Assembly: GCA_016928115.1 (NCBI GenBank)
Contig: JAFGLI010000006.1
Location: forward strand, 1 to 59,494
Reading direction: 5' to 3'
Length of the DNA: 59,494 nucleotides
Source of the DNA: Candidatus Woesearchaeota archaeon
GTDB taxonomy: Archaea; Nanobdellota; Nanobdellia; Woesearchaeales; UBA9642
A program made the position numbers and the translations under genes. Of the stretch, positions 37,042 through 47,153 are shown piece by piece. Under the pieces are notes generated by a model. The model saw only the letters and a list, made by a program, of their open reading frames with translations. It did not search any database and was not told where the DNA came from. Numbering within the stretch: the stretch's first letter is position 1; every line of letters starts with the position of its first letter.

Positions 37042-39234
37042 TCAAGCAAGAATATCCTCAATATTGGAATCCTTGGTAAAAAGGAATGTCCTTTTTATAT
37101 TTCTTGTAGTTCTTGTATACTCCCTTAATTTCCTTAGGTCCTTAACAGGAATTATATGTATATCACCTTCAGGAGACTCTTTTATGCTTTTCCTTAAGCT
37201 ATTGTTTGTTTTTATCTCTATCTTTGTTTCTTTTGGGAACCTTGATTCATACACTAATTTTTCTATATGGTATTTTGCCTTATCACCCTTTCTTTTCGTG
37301 GATATTACCCATATGTTTATAGTGCCTTTCCAGTTCATATACAGCTTAAGGGCAGTGAGCATGGCAAGGTCAAAGTCCCTTTTTTCATATACCATTTTAT
37401 GTATTAAGTCATCAGTCAGCCATATATGGATATCTTTCTGTGACCCAAGGCCCAGTTCCTCATTCTTGTCAAAAAACATAAGACCGACATCAACTTCCTG
37501 AATAGTATTGTATATTTTCTCAAGTTCTTTTTTTGTAAAATTGTCAGGGCCTGCAGGTATTAATAATATGTTGGGGTGGAAAAACTGGCCTTCTATTGTC
37601 TCAAGGGCAATGCATATTCCCTCCATGTAATTTTCCGAGGAAACATGGGCATATGAGCTGAATATTCCCTGCTGGCTGAATTTCTTTACAAGTTCAGGCA
37701 TTTCCTTAAGCTCCTTTTTCTTCTTTTTTTCATCTAATTTCTCCTTATCTACTGTCAAATCCTCTTCAAGCTCCATTCCTAAAACAGATATTATGCCGTT
37801 GGGATAAATAATTGACTTTATAAGAGGATATGTCCCAAGTATTTTCTCTGATGTTGTTGCAGGAAGCAGTATGCTCGGCTTCCATATATGCTTCTTTGAC
37901 TCATCTAAAAAAGTTACTTCTTTTGCAGCCCATTCAGACAGGGCAGAAAACAAGCCTGACCTTACAAATCCTTTTTTTATATGAAGATGCCTCTTTACTA
38001 AAGCAAGATAAGTAATGAAAAGTGCCATTAATGCTATAGTTCCAGCCATGACATTAAGCGAAAACATTATGATTGTAGAGCCAAAAACACCATACAATGG
38101 TATTATCCTCGGCACCTTGAATGTCGGCCTGTAACTCGGCAGGTTTAAAGACTGCTCTATAAATACTACAAGATTAATCATGATATAAGTAATCAGAAAA
38201 AACATAGTTATGACGGGAGCAACTGTATTAATAGAGCCTACAAGCAGTATGGGTAGTATTATAATTGATGAAAAGAAAACAGCATTTCTTGGCTCTCCTT
38301 TGTCGGTTTTCCTTGCAAGTGTTTTTGAAGGAATTATCCTGTTCTCAGCAAGCGCCTGTAATACTCTTGTTGAAGCAATCCATGTTGTTAAAGCACTTGA
38401 AAATGTGGCTGCTAAAATACCAAATAATACCAGGGAGGGAACTGAAGAATAAAACAGAATTGCCAAATTATTATTCACTAATTCAGAAGGGTCTGCCACC
38501 TGGCCAAACCAGAGGATAATTATCAGATATATAACTGTGGTCACAGCGAGAGCAGACAACACCCCTTTTGGAATCTGTTTTTTGGGGTCAGTTAATTCTC
38601 CTGAAAGCCCTATTCCGGCCATTAATCCTGTAGCTGCAGGAAAAAACAGGGCAAACAAAGGCCAGAAGTTAGTCTTCATAGCCTGAATATTAAAAAAAGG
38701 AACTATTGCCCCATGGCTCCACCAGCTTCCGCCTGAAAGAACTGAAACCAAAGAGACCAGTATTAAAAGAAAAACCAGGAACTGGGCCCTTATGGCAAAG
38801 GATGTGCTTATGAATGTTGTAAGGAAAATAATAATAAAAAGGGCCAATAGAACATATATTCTCGGATGCATAGGAAAGATAACGCGCCATGTTTCAATAA
38901 AACCAAATAAATAAATACCCACTGAAAACACCTGCGCCAGAAACAAAGGTATGCCCACACTGCCCCCTATTTCTATACCTAATGTTGTTGATAATATAGA
39001 GAAAGCGCCTCCGCCGCCCATTTTTATGTTAGTCGTAATAGAACTTAATGATAAGCCTGTGGCAAATGTTATGGAAACAGCCAATAATAAAACTGCAATG
39101 CTGCCCACTATCCCTATAGAGCCAACTATGTAGCCAAGCCTTAAGAAAAGAATCACACCTATGATGCTGAGAAAGGTGGGGATAAAAACCCCCCTGAAAG
39201 AGCCGAATGTCCTTGAGCCTGTTGTGGGATACAT
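37042..39234 (-). CDS. Amino-acid permease / SLC12 cation-chloride cotransporter-like protein
   Basis: FG.F.GVFIPTFLSIIGVILFLRLG, FALFFPAATG, SGEL.DP.K.IPKG; about 11-12 TM plus a soluble C-domain. Confidence 0.88.
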   Translation of the reverse strand: MYPTTGSRTFGSFRGVFIPTFLSIIGVILFLRLGYIVGSIGIVGSIAVLLLAVSITFATGLSLSSITTNIKMGGGGAFSILSTTLGIEIGGSVGIPLFLAQVFSVGIYLFGFIETWRVIFPMHPRIYVLLALFIIIFLTTFISTSFAIRAQFLVFLLILVSLVSVLSGGSWWSHGAIVPFFNIQAMKTNFWPLFALFFPAATGLMAGIGLSGELTDPKKQIPKGVLSALAVTTVIYLIIILWFGQVADPSELVNNNLAILFYSSVPSLVLFGILAATFSSALTTWIASTRVLQALAENRIIPSKTLARKTDKGEPRNAVFFSSIIILPILLVGSINTVAPVITMFFLITYIMINLVVFIEQSLNLPSYRPTFKVPRIIPLYGVFGSTIIMFSLNVMAGTIALMALFITYLALVKRHLHIKKGFVRSGLFSALSEWAAKEVTFLDESKKHIWKPSILLPATTSEKILGTYPLIKSIIYPNGIISVLGMELEEDLTVDKEKLDEKKKKKELKEMPELVKKFSQQGIFSSYAHVSSENYMEGICIALETIEGQFFHPNILLIPAGPDNFTKKELEKIYNTIQEVDVGLMFFDKNEELGLGSQKDIHIWLTDDLIHKMVYEKRDFDLAMLTALKLYMNWKGTINIWVISTKRKGDKAKYHIEKLVYESRFPKETKIEIKTNNSLRKSIKESPEGDIHIIPVKDLRKLREYTRTTRNIKRTFLFTKDSNIEDILA

Positions 39235-39335
39235 TAAAAACCTCTTTTTAATTTAACTATAGAAATAATTAAAACCTTAATATAAATATTTTTTGTTAAT
39301 AAGAGTACAAATATATTATTCCAATAATGTCTGCT

Positions 39336-39515
39336 TTAGTTTTTTGCCTGAATCTTCCTAAAAAAATTAATAAAAAACAGAACACTTGCAATTGAAACAA
39401 TTATGCCTCCATTTATATCTCCTCTATTAAAATAATGAAAGGTAGCAAATAGAAAAGCAATAGCTGAAACTAACCCTGGGTAAGGCCCAAAAAACCAAGA
39501 TTGTTTCTTTTTCAT
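39336..39515 (-). CDS. Small membrane protein (59 aa; not in the ORF track)
   Basis: MKKKQSWFFGPYPGLVSAIAFLFATFHYFNRGDINGGIIVSIASVLFFINFFRKIQAKN. Confidence 0.55.
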   Translation of the reverse strand: MKKKQSWFFGPYPGLVSAIAFLFATFHYFNRGDINGGIIVSIASVLFFINFFRKIQAKN

Positions 39516-39659
39516 ATACTTACATTAATTATTGAATAATATAAACATTTCGATAAGGCAGAATAAAATTGAATATAATTGTTATTATGTGTTTTTCTAC
39601 AAGAAAAATGCCGAAGCGAAGCATAAATACAGTATGAAGCAGGAGACGGTTTTAACTGA

Positions 39660-40028
39660 TTAAATAAAACTCATATAAATAAGCCATGCGCCAAGTAGAA
39701 TTAAGAAGATGGCACTAAGCCATTGTTTCTTTTTGAATCTCTGCGCTTGCTTATGTATAATCCCGGGAAAGCCTATTTTTGAAATACCTTTAAGTAAAGT
39801 TGACCAACCTAAAATAGTAATTACTACTTCCCAGCTTACAACCCAGACATTATGCAAAATTATGGTGACCAGTCCCATCAAGAAAGTAATATAACCGGTA
39901 GATATAACAAATGCTTTATCGTCAGTCATCTCTATAGTCCTACCTAATTGTTTTGTTATGATGAACAAAGAACCAAAAACAATAAAGAAACTGCCCCAAA
40001 GCCTTGCGAAAAAAATTGTGAGTTCCAT
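39660..40028 (-). CDS. Four-TM membrane protein
   Basis: ILHNVW..SWEVVITILGWSTLLKG; hydrophobic. Confidence 0.75.
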   Translation of the reverse strand: MELTIFFARLWGSFFIVFGSLFIITKQLGRTIEMTDDKAFVISTGYITFLMGLVTIILHNVWVVSWEVVITILGWSTLLKGISKIGFPGIIHKQAQRFKKKQWLSAIFLILLGAWLIYMSFI

Positions 40029-40218
40029 AGTTTTTATTTAATGATTAAAGTATATAATGTTTTCGGTTAAAAAGGCTTAGAGTAATATTGCACTTAATTC
40101 CTGTCATATTTATTTTTAGAGCTGAACTAAATCCATTGAACTGAGAAAAACGAAAGCTTTATATAATATTTTATAATATTTTATTATAAATTATAATAAA
40201 TAATAAGGTGAATATAAA

Positions 40219-40461
40219 ATGGTACAAGCTATTGTGAACTTAGGAGAACGTGAAGATAGATTATTGACTATAGTTAAAGGTAAGTTTGGATTGAAAAATA
40301 AATCTGAAGCTGTTAATTTTGTAATAGATCAATATGGTGATGAACTTCTTGAACCTGAACTTAGACCTGAGTATAAAGAAGAATTATTAAAAATAGACAA
40401 AGGAAAATTCAAAAGGTTTAATAGTATTAATGATTTAAGAAAGGAAATAGAAAATGTATAG
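40219..40461 (+). CDS. Antitoxin (DUF2683-like)
   Basis: MVQAIVNLGE..DRLLTIVKGKFGLKNKSEA...EPELRPEY. Confidence 0.8.
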   Translation: MVQAIVNLGEREDRLLTIVKGKFGLKNKSEAVNFVIDQYGDELLEPELRPEYKEELLKIDKGKFKRFNSINDLRKEIENV

Positions 40462-40735
40462 TTGGAAAAGAAGTGAAAAGTTAATCAAAATTCTAAAGAA
40501 GTTGTTTAAGAAAGATAAGAGAAGATATGAAACTACGCTTAATAAGATTAATGAAATTATCAGCAGTGAGAACCCAAATCGATATAAAAATTTGTGTTAT
40601 GATCTTAAAGAATTTAAGGGAGTTCATATCGATTCTCATTTTGTTCTCACCTTCAAAGTAGATGAAAATAATAAAATAATTAAATTTGAAGATCTACAGC
40701 ATCATGATGTGATCTACAGAAGGAAAAAGAAATAA
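40454..40735 (+). CDS. RelE/YafQ-like toxin
   Basis: YKNL.YDLKEFKGVHIDSHFVL.F...HHD.IY; overlaps the antitoxin. Confidence 0.82.
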   Translation: MYSWKRSEKLIKILKKLFKKDKRRYETTLNKINEIISSENPNRYKNLCYDLKEFKGVHIDSHFVLTFKVDENNKIIKFEDLQHHDVIYRRKKK

Positions 40736-40816
40736 TTATTTTTCTCGTATTGATTAATAAACTTTTTCACTCTAATATATATACTTTTTTAAACTCAAAG
40801 GCTTTCTTTATTGAAA

Positions 40817-41521
40817 ATGGCAATAAATCCATCAAGAGAAGAATGGAAAACTTATAAAAATGTTTTTTCAAAGTTTAGTATAAGGCTTTTAGATAAATTA
40901 ATCTCTGAAGATGTTTTCAAAGGTTTGGAATCACCAATAAACATAGGAAAAGAAGCCAACATATTCACAGCATTAACAAAAAAAAATAAAAGGGTTGTAG
41001 TTAAAATTTATAGATTAGAAAGCTGTAATTTTAATAAGATGTATGAGTATATTGTTCAGGACACGCGTTATTCAAATATAAAAAAGAATAAGAGAAACAT
41101 AGTTTTTAAATGGACACAAAGGGAATATAAAAACCTGATGAAAGCAAGGGAAGTGATTAAAGTTCCCACCCCGCTGGCAGTAAAGGAGAATATTCTGGTT
41201 ATGGAATTCATCGGCACTAAAGAGCCGGCGCCTATGCTGAAAGATAAAGAGCCAAAAAATCCTGAAAAGTTTTTTAATGACATAATTGAAAATATGAGAA
41301 AATTATATAAAACAGGGATTATTCACGGGGACCTGTCCAAATTTAATATCCTGAACCATAATGAAAAGCCTGTGTTCATTGATTTTTCACAGGCAACATT
41401 AAAGGAATCATTCAATGCAGAGTATTTGCTGAAAAGAGATATTAAAAATGTGAGTGGTTATTTTTCAGGGTTTTTCGAGATAAATGAGGAAAATATACTA
41501 AAAAAGATAAAAGGCTCATAA
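40817..41521 (+). CDS. rio1: RIO1 serine kinase
   Basis: IGKEANIF, VKIYR, LVMEFIG, HGDLS.FNIL, IDFSQ. Confidence 0.93.
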   Translation: MAINPSREEWKTYKNVFSKFSIRLLDKLISEDVFKGLESPINIGKEANIFTALTKKNKRVVVKIYRLESCNFNKMYEYIVQDTRYSNIKKNKRNIVFKWTQREYKNLMKAREVIKVPTPLAVKENILVMEFIGTKEPAPMLKDKEPKNPEKFFNDIIENMRKLYKTGIIHGDLSKFNILNHNEKPVFIDFSQATLKESFNAEYLLKRDIKNVSGYFSGFFEINEENILKKIKGS

Positions 41522-41554
41522 AAATTTAAAAACAATGCTCTTTTTCATAATAAA

Positions 41555-42094
41555 ATGGAATATGAATACATACTGAAAATACCTAAAGGAAGGATTGCTG
41601 TGCTAATAGGTAAGGAGGGGGAAATAAAGAAAGAAATAGAGTCAAACACAGATACAAGAATGGATATAGACTCAAAAAATGGTGAAGTAAAGGTAATGGG
41701 AGAAGACCCTTTAAAACTATATATAACAAGAAAGATAATAAAAGCCATAAGCAGGGGCTTTAATCCAAAAACAGCACAATTGCTCCTGAAGCCAGATTAC
41801 ATATTAAGGATTATCTCGCTGGATGAGTTCATAAAAAATAAAAACCACAGGAAACGGCTCAAAGGAAGGGTTATAGGAAAAGAAGGCAAGGCAAGGAAAA
41901 CAATTGAAGAACTGACTGACTGCAATATGTGTGTATATGGAAAAACCATTTCAATTATAGGCTTTGTCGAGGATGTTGAGACAGCCGCAAGGGCAGTTAT
42001 ACTTTTATTGGAAGGAAGCCCGCATTCAAATATATTCAGGTTTCTTGAGAAAAAAAAGAAAGACAAGATCGGTGAAAGGCTTAAAAGAGAATAG
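41555..42094 (+). CDS. KH-domain rRNA processing protein Dim2/Pno1
   Basis: RIAVLIGKEG, AISRGF.P, KGRVIGKEGKAR, VYGKT; rio1 neighbour. Confidence 0.92.
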   Translation: MEYEYILKIPKGRIAVLIGKEGEIKKEIESNTDTRMDIDSKNGEVKVMGEDPLKLYITRKIIKAISRGFNPKTAQLLLKPDYILRIISLDEFIKNKNHRKRLKGRVIGKEGKARKTIEELTDCNMCVYGKTISIIGFVEDVETAARAVILLLEGSPHSNIFRFLEKKKKDKIGERLKRE

Positions 42095-42240
42095 GATATT
42101 AACCCAAACATTTATAAACCCTTAGATTTCACAGAAATATATTAAGAAAATATGAGTGAGAGAGCACTGGTAACAACATATACTTTTCGCTTTTTCTATT
42201 AAATCATATTATATAAATAAATATTGTGAGGTAATTAAAT

Positions 42241-43536
42241 ATGAATACATTTGAAAATCTTAATTTAAGCGAACAACTAAAAGAATCAATTAACAGATTA
42301 GGTTTTACAGAACCTACACAAATCCAAAGAGAGTCTATCCCTTTAATATTAAAAGGTAAAGATGTTATAGGAGAATCTGCCACAGGCAGTGGTAAAACAC
42401 TGGCTTTTGGTGCAGGAATTATTAAAAATTGTAATCCTGATGGAGGAATTCAGGCAATTGTTTTAGTGCCAACAAGAGAACTGGCTGAACAAGTAAAAGA
42501 TGAAATGATTAAAATTTCTTATAACAAACCAATTAAAATTCTGGCAGTTTATGGCGGGGTTTCCATTAATCCGCAAATTGAAAAGTTAAGGAAAACCGAG
42601 GTTGTTATTGCAACTCCCGGCAGATTACTGGATCATCTAAACAGGCATACTATCAACACCTCTAAAGTAAAAATTATGGTATTGGATGAAGCTGACAGGA
42701 TGGTTGAAATGGGCTTTATTGAAGATGTTGAGCGAATTATTAAATCGTGCCCTAAGGACAGGCAAACATTGGTATTTTCAGCAACCATATACGGGCCTAC
42801 AAAAAGAATTGCACAAAAATACATGAAAAACCCTGAAACAATAGAAGCTACAAAGATGGTTGACCCGTCTAAACTAAAACAAACATATTATGATGTTCCC
42901 CCGAAATTAAAAAAAGAATTATTGGTCCACTTATTAAAAAAAGAAGATTCTGATTTGGTTATGGTCTTCTGCAACACCAGAAGAATAACAGATATAGTCG
43001 ACAGGGTTCTTAAAGCTAACGGCATTAAATCAGCTACGATTCACGGAGGGTTAAATCAGTCAAAAAGATTAAAAACAATTGAGCTGTTCCATAAAGGCAA
43101 ATTTAGGGTTTTAGTCTGCACAGATGTTGCTGCCCGGGGATTACATATAGAGGGAGTAACACATATCTATAATTTTGACATACCTAAAGAACCTGGGGAT
43201 TATGTGCATAGGATCGGCAGGACGGCAAGAGCAGGCAAGAAAGGCCTAGTTATTAATATTCTATCCTCTAATGATTATAAACTCTTTTCCAGATTAAAGA
43301 TGGCTTATGGGGAATTTGATATTCAGAAAGAAGAGAGGCCTTATCTAACTCCTATAACAAAAAGTGAAAAGAATTATTCAAGAGGAAAAGGTAATTTTAG
43401 AAAAGGTTATCGAAGAAAAAACACCAACAAATATGGAAGATCATCTTCAAGAAATAATACTAATAGACATGGAAAATCTTCTTCAAAAAATCCAAGATTC
43501 AAATCCCGAAGAAACTTTAAAAGGAAATATAATTAA
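42241..43536 (+). CDS. DEAD-box RNA helicase
   Basis: Q motif, ATGSGKT, PTRELA, TPGR, DEAD, SAT, HRIGRTAR; basic tail. Confidence 0.97.
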   Translation: MNTFENLNLSEQLKESINRLGFTEPTQIQRESIPLILKGKDVIGESATGSGKTLAFGAGIIKNCNPDGGIQAIVLVPTRELAEQVKDEMIKISYNKPIKILAVYGGVSINPQIEKLRKTEVVIATPGRLLDHLNRHTINTSKVKIMVLDEADRMVEMGFIEDVERIIKSCPKDRQTLVFSATIYGPTKRIAQKYMKNPETIEATKMVDPSKLKQTYYDVPPKLKKELLVHLLKKEDSDLVMVFCNTRRITDIVDRVLKANGIKSATIHGGLNQSKRLKTIELFHKGKFRVLVCTDVAARGLHIEGVTHIYNFDIPKEPGDYVHRIGRTARAGKKGLVINILSSNDYKLFSRLKMAYGEFDIQKEERPYLTPITKSEKNYSRGKGNFRKGYRRKNTNKYGRSSSRNNTNRHGKSSSKNPRFKSRRNFKRKYN

Positions 43537-43671
43537 TTTGTTTAGATATTTTTCTTGAGGGAGTTTAATTGTTGTTATATTTCCTGTAAGGCTGAATTTT
43601 AGTGCAACGTTCCGAAGGGAAATTTCAGAGTTAAGTTTTCACGATAATAAATAACGACCGCAGAAGACTAT

Positions 43672-43724
43672 ATCATGAAAATCAGAGATTTTCAGGATGC
43701 CAAAAATGTTCCATTTTTGAGCAT
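43672..43724. repeat. Two-unit hairpin array
   Basis: atca-tgaaaatc-aga-gattttca-ggatgcc-aaaaatg-ttc-cattttt-gagcat. Confidence 0.8.
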
Positions 43725-43767
43725 GTCCGTTAGGACTGAGGGGGAGTTCGATTAAATATAAAATTAA

Positions 43768-44025
43768 TCACTTTCTTTTCTTATTTTTAAGAAATCGTCT
43801 AATTAAATATACAGGAGATATTATGATTAATGAAACAAAAAATGAAATTATAATGGGTACTATCATTTCTAATCCCTGCCAGTTTCCCCACATACCCACA
43901 TTAATTGATCCTTTGTAAAATATACCTAAGAATATAAAAAACCATAATAATATTATTAAAATTATATCTAAACGATTGTATGCTTTTTTTAGATATGTTT
44001 TTATTTCATTTAACATTTTAAACAT
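43768..44025 (-). CDS. Small two-TM membrane protein, cassette-like
   Basis: 85 aa; bracketed by GGGGGAGTTC(43740-49)/GAACTCCCCC(44080-89). Confidence 0.6.
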   Translation of the reverse strand: MFKMLNEIKTYLKKAYNRLDIILIILLWFFIFLGIFYKGSINVGMWGNWQGLEMIVPIIISFFVSLIIISPVYLIRRFLKNKKRK

Positions 44026-44100
44026 TTAGTATTCATTGATTATAAATTTTTTGGTAAAAATGGAATAAATTAAACATTTGAACTCCCCCCCTTTGCTTCT

Positions 44101-44149
44101 TCCATAAAAATCAAGATTTTTAGGGTCCCAGAAATCTTTGATTTCTGAA
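44101..44149. repeat. Two-unit hairpin array
   Basis: cca-taaaaatc-aa-gattttta-gggtcc-cagaaatc-ttt-gatttctg. Confidence 0.8.
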
Positions 44150-44315
44150 GATAACGAAGGCACCTATCTAAAAGATTCGAGGTTTGCCGACGGAGGAGAC
44201 AGTAAGAAAATTTTGGCTAATCGGTGTTATATGACCGACCCATACGAAGTATGGGGAGGGTAAGTCGCGAACATTAAAATTTCTTTTTGTAATTTTAACC
44301 ATAAGGTTGTGAGCG

Positions 44316-44343
44316 ATTTCATATAACAATCTATATGCGAAAA
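44316..44343 (-). other. Putative dif/attI-like recombination site
   Basis: TTTTCGCATAT-AGATTG-TTATATGAAAT: 11-6-11 layout resembling XerC/XerD arms, about 200 bp upstream of the recombinase. Confidence 0.55.
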
Positions 44344-44538
44344 AGGGGGAATTCGGGGTTTTTAGGGCTTTAGATGTTGGAATTTCATTATTTGATGTAG
44401 AAAAACTGTCTTTTTTAAACAGTGATGAAAATAAATATTATGGAATCTTGAAGATTTTTGATTGTTTTGCATCTTTAACAGAGATTTTTCGATTTTTTTG
44501 GGATTAGGTTTTTTAAGGAGTAGAATAAATATACATTA

Positions 44539-45351
44539 ATGGCAGTTGATGTAATTTATAATATGAAGAGGGAAATGCTTAGGAGAAAGCTATCGCCAAA
44601 AACAGTAAAGACATATCTTCAGTATGTTAAGTTATTTCTTTTAGCTAATAAAGATAAGGCTCCAAAAGAGTTCTCAAAAAAAGATGTTCGTGAATTTCTT
44701 TATAAGATGGAAGAGAAAAATGTTTCGGGAAGCACGCTTAATGTTGCACATAATGCACTAAGATTTATGATGATTGATGTATTGCATAAAGCGTGCTATC
44801 TAAAGATTCGCTATGCTAAAACACCTGTCCGAAAACCAGAATATTTAACAAAAAAAGAAATTAAAAAGATTTTAAATGTAATTACCAATAAAAAACACAA
44901 ACTCCTTGTTTCTCTGATGTACGGAGCAGGCCTTAGAGTAGGAGAAGTGACAAGATTAAAAGTATCTGATTTTTCATTTGAAGAAAATATTGGTTGGGTG
45001 AGAGCTGGAAAGGGGAACAAAGACAGGCCTTTTATTATTCCTCAAAAAATCAAAGAAGAAATAAAAAAACTATGTGAACAAGAAAGAACATGGCTTTTTC
45101 CGGGAAGAAAAGGGGCACTGACTATTAAATCAGTACAGGTAATGGTTGAAAAAGCCGGAAAGAAAGCAAAAATCAAAAAACACATTCATCCACACATGTT
45201 CAGGCACTCGTTTACAACACATTTGCTCGAATCTGGGATAGATGTAACATCAGTACAAAGTCTTTTAGGGCATATTAGACCAGAAACAACTCTTGGATAT
45301 TCACATACATTAAGACCGAAAATGATAGCGATAAAAAGCCCCCTAGACTAG
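44539..45351 (+). CDS. Tyrosine recombinase, Xer/IntI-like
   Basis: SPKTVKTY N-domain; YGAGLRVGE, GKGNKDR, HMFRHSF, LLGH, TTLGY; IntI-like C-terminus KSPLD; no obvious IntI-specific insertion. Confidence 0.93.
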   Translation: MAVDVIYNMKREMLRRKLSPKTVKTYLQYVKLFLLANKDKAPKEFSKKDVREFLYKMEEKNVSGSTLNVAHNALRFMMIDVLHKACYLKIRYAKTPVRKPEYLTKKEIKKILNVITNKKHKLLVSLMYGAGLRVGEVTRLKVSDFSFEENIGWVRAGKGNKDRPFIIPQKIKEEIKKLCEQERTWLFPGRKGALTIKSVQVMVEKAGKKAKIKKHIHPHMFRHSFTTHLLESGIDVTSVQSLLGHIRPETTLGYSHTLRPKMIAIKSPLD

Positions 45352-45447
45352 TTTTTCTTTCTATTTGGTTTATTAATAAAGCTTATTAATAAAGCTATAT
45401 ATATAGAAAAGTTTATTAATCTCTTATTTTTTAGGAAATGGTTGAAA

Positions 45448-47151
45448 ATGGCAGATAATCGGGTTCATGCAAAAGAGCTGGCAAAACACCAGAGGGAGAT
45501 AAGCGTTGCTGAGTTCTTTGAGAAAAACAGGCATCTTCTTGGATTTGATAATCCTAAAAAGGCTTTACTGACAACAATAAAAGAGGCAGTTGATAATGCT
45601 TTGGATGCATGCGAGGAGGCAAGGATACTGCCTGAGGTAAATGTTGAAGTAATTGACATGGGAAACAGCCGGTTCAGGGTTATTGTCGAGGACAACGGTC
45701 CGGGAATCATAAGAAGCCAGATACCCAAGATTTTCGCAAAATTACTCTATGGCTCCAAGTTTCACAGGTTATCCCAGAGCAGGGGGCAGCAGGGAATAGG
45801 GATTTCTGCCTCTGTAATGTATTCCCAGCTTACAACAGGAAAAGCAGTTAAAATTATGAGCAAAACAGACTCAAATGGTGAAGCCCACTACTATGAATTA
45901 AAGATAGACACAAAGAAGAACAAGCCTGAGATAATCGTGGATGAAACAAGGCCATGGGAAAACAAAGAGCACGGGACAAGGATAGAACTAGACCTGGAAG
46001 CAGAATACAAGAAAGGCTCCACAAGCATAGATGAATACTTAAAGGAAACAGGAATAATAAATCCTCATGTCACGCTCATATATGTGAATCCTGAATCAAA
46101 GCAGATAATTTTTCCAAGGGCAGTTGAAGAGCTTCCAAAAGAGCCAAAAGAAATCAAGCCCCACCCATACGGTGTTGAACTGGGGGCATTGATGAAGATG
46201 ATGAAGTTCTCGGAATACAAGAACTTAAATAAATTCTTAAAAAATGAATTCTCTAAAGTCGGCTCAGAAACTGTAAAAAAAATATGTGAAGAAGCCCTTA
46301 TAGACCCTTCTGAAAGATTAAAAAACATAAGAAGGGAAGAGGCTGAAAAACTAATACAGGCTATTAAAAAAACCAAAATAATAGCTCCCTCAACAGACTG
46401 CTTAAGCCCAATAGGCGAAGAGCCACTGGAAAAGGGATTGAGAAAAGGCATAAATGCTGAATTCTATTGTTCTGTAAGCCGAAGTCCTAATGTTTACAGG
46501 GGAAACCCTTTCCAGATAGAAGTGGCACTGGCTTATGGCGGAGAGCTGGAAAAAGAAGGAAAAGCAGAGATAATGAGATTCGCAAACAAAGTCCCCTTGC
46601 TTTACCAGAAAAGCGCATGTGCCATAACCAAGGCTGTGAAAGAGGTAAAATGGAGAAGCTACAGGTTAAAGCAATCAAATAATTCCATACCTGACGGCCC
46701 ATTAACTATTATTGTCCATATGGCTTCTGTATGGGTTCCGTTCACTTCAGAATCAAAAGAGGCTATTGCCCATTATCCGCAGATAATTGACGAAATTAAG
46801 CTTGCACTGCAGGAAGCAGGAAGAAAACTAAAGGTTTACCTTTCAAAAAAACAAAGAATAGGAAAAGAAATCAAGAAAAGAAGTTTGATAGAAAAATACA
46901 TGCCCCATGTTGCAGAAGCACTGCAGGATATACTGGGATTGAGTGATACAGAAAAAAAGCAGCTCATAGATGACCTAAAGATTGTGCTGGAAAAAGACAG
47001 GGGAAAAATCGATGATATTGAATTTGACAAAGATAAAAATGCTGATTACAGCGACACATGGGCTCTTAATAAAGAGAATGAAGAAGAAAATGAAAACAAG
47101 GATGAAGATGAATACAATGATGAAGAAGAAAATGAAAACAAGATGGAATAA
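45448..47151 (+). CDS. top6B: DNA topoisomerase VI subunit B
   Basis: EISVAEFFEKN, KEAVDNALDA, EDNGPGI, SRGQQGIG, RFANKVPL. Confidence 0.97.
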   Translation: MADNRVHAKELAKHQREISVAEFFEKNRHLLGFDNPKKALLTTIKEAVDNALDACEEARILPEVNVEVIDMGNSRFRVIVEDNGPGIIRSQIPKIFAKLLYGSKFHRLSQSRGQQGIGISASVMYSQLTTGKAVKIMSKTDSNGEAHYYELKIDTKKNKPEIIVDETRPWENKEHGTRIELDLEAEYKKGSTSIDEYLKETGIINPHVTLIYVNPESKQIIFPRAVEELPKEPKEIKPHPYGVELGALMKMMKFSEYKNLNKFLKNEFSKVGSETVKKICEEALIDPSERLKNIRREEAEKLIQAIKKTKIIAPSTDCLSPIGEEPLEKGLRKGINAEFYCSVSRSPNVYRGNPFQIEVALAYGGELEKEGKAEIMRFANKVPLLYQKSACAITKAVKEVKWRSYRLKQSNNSIPDGPLTIIVHMASVWVPFTSESKEAIAHYPQIIDEIKLALQEAGRKLKVYLSKKQRIGKEIKKRSLIEKYMPHVAEALQDILGLSDTEKKQLIDDLKIVLEKDRGKIDDIEFDKDKNADYSDTWALNKENEEENENKDEDEYNDEEENENKME

Positions 47152-47153
47152 AA

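Noticed and set aside
43556-44343. Canonical attC sites or a bona fide integron
   Set aside because: No complete self-complementary R''-L''...L'-R' unit was found and the integrase lacks an evident IntI insertion; kept only as integron-like
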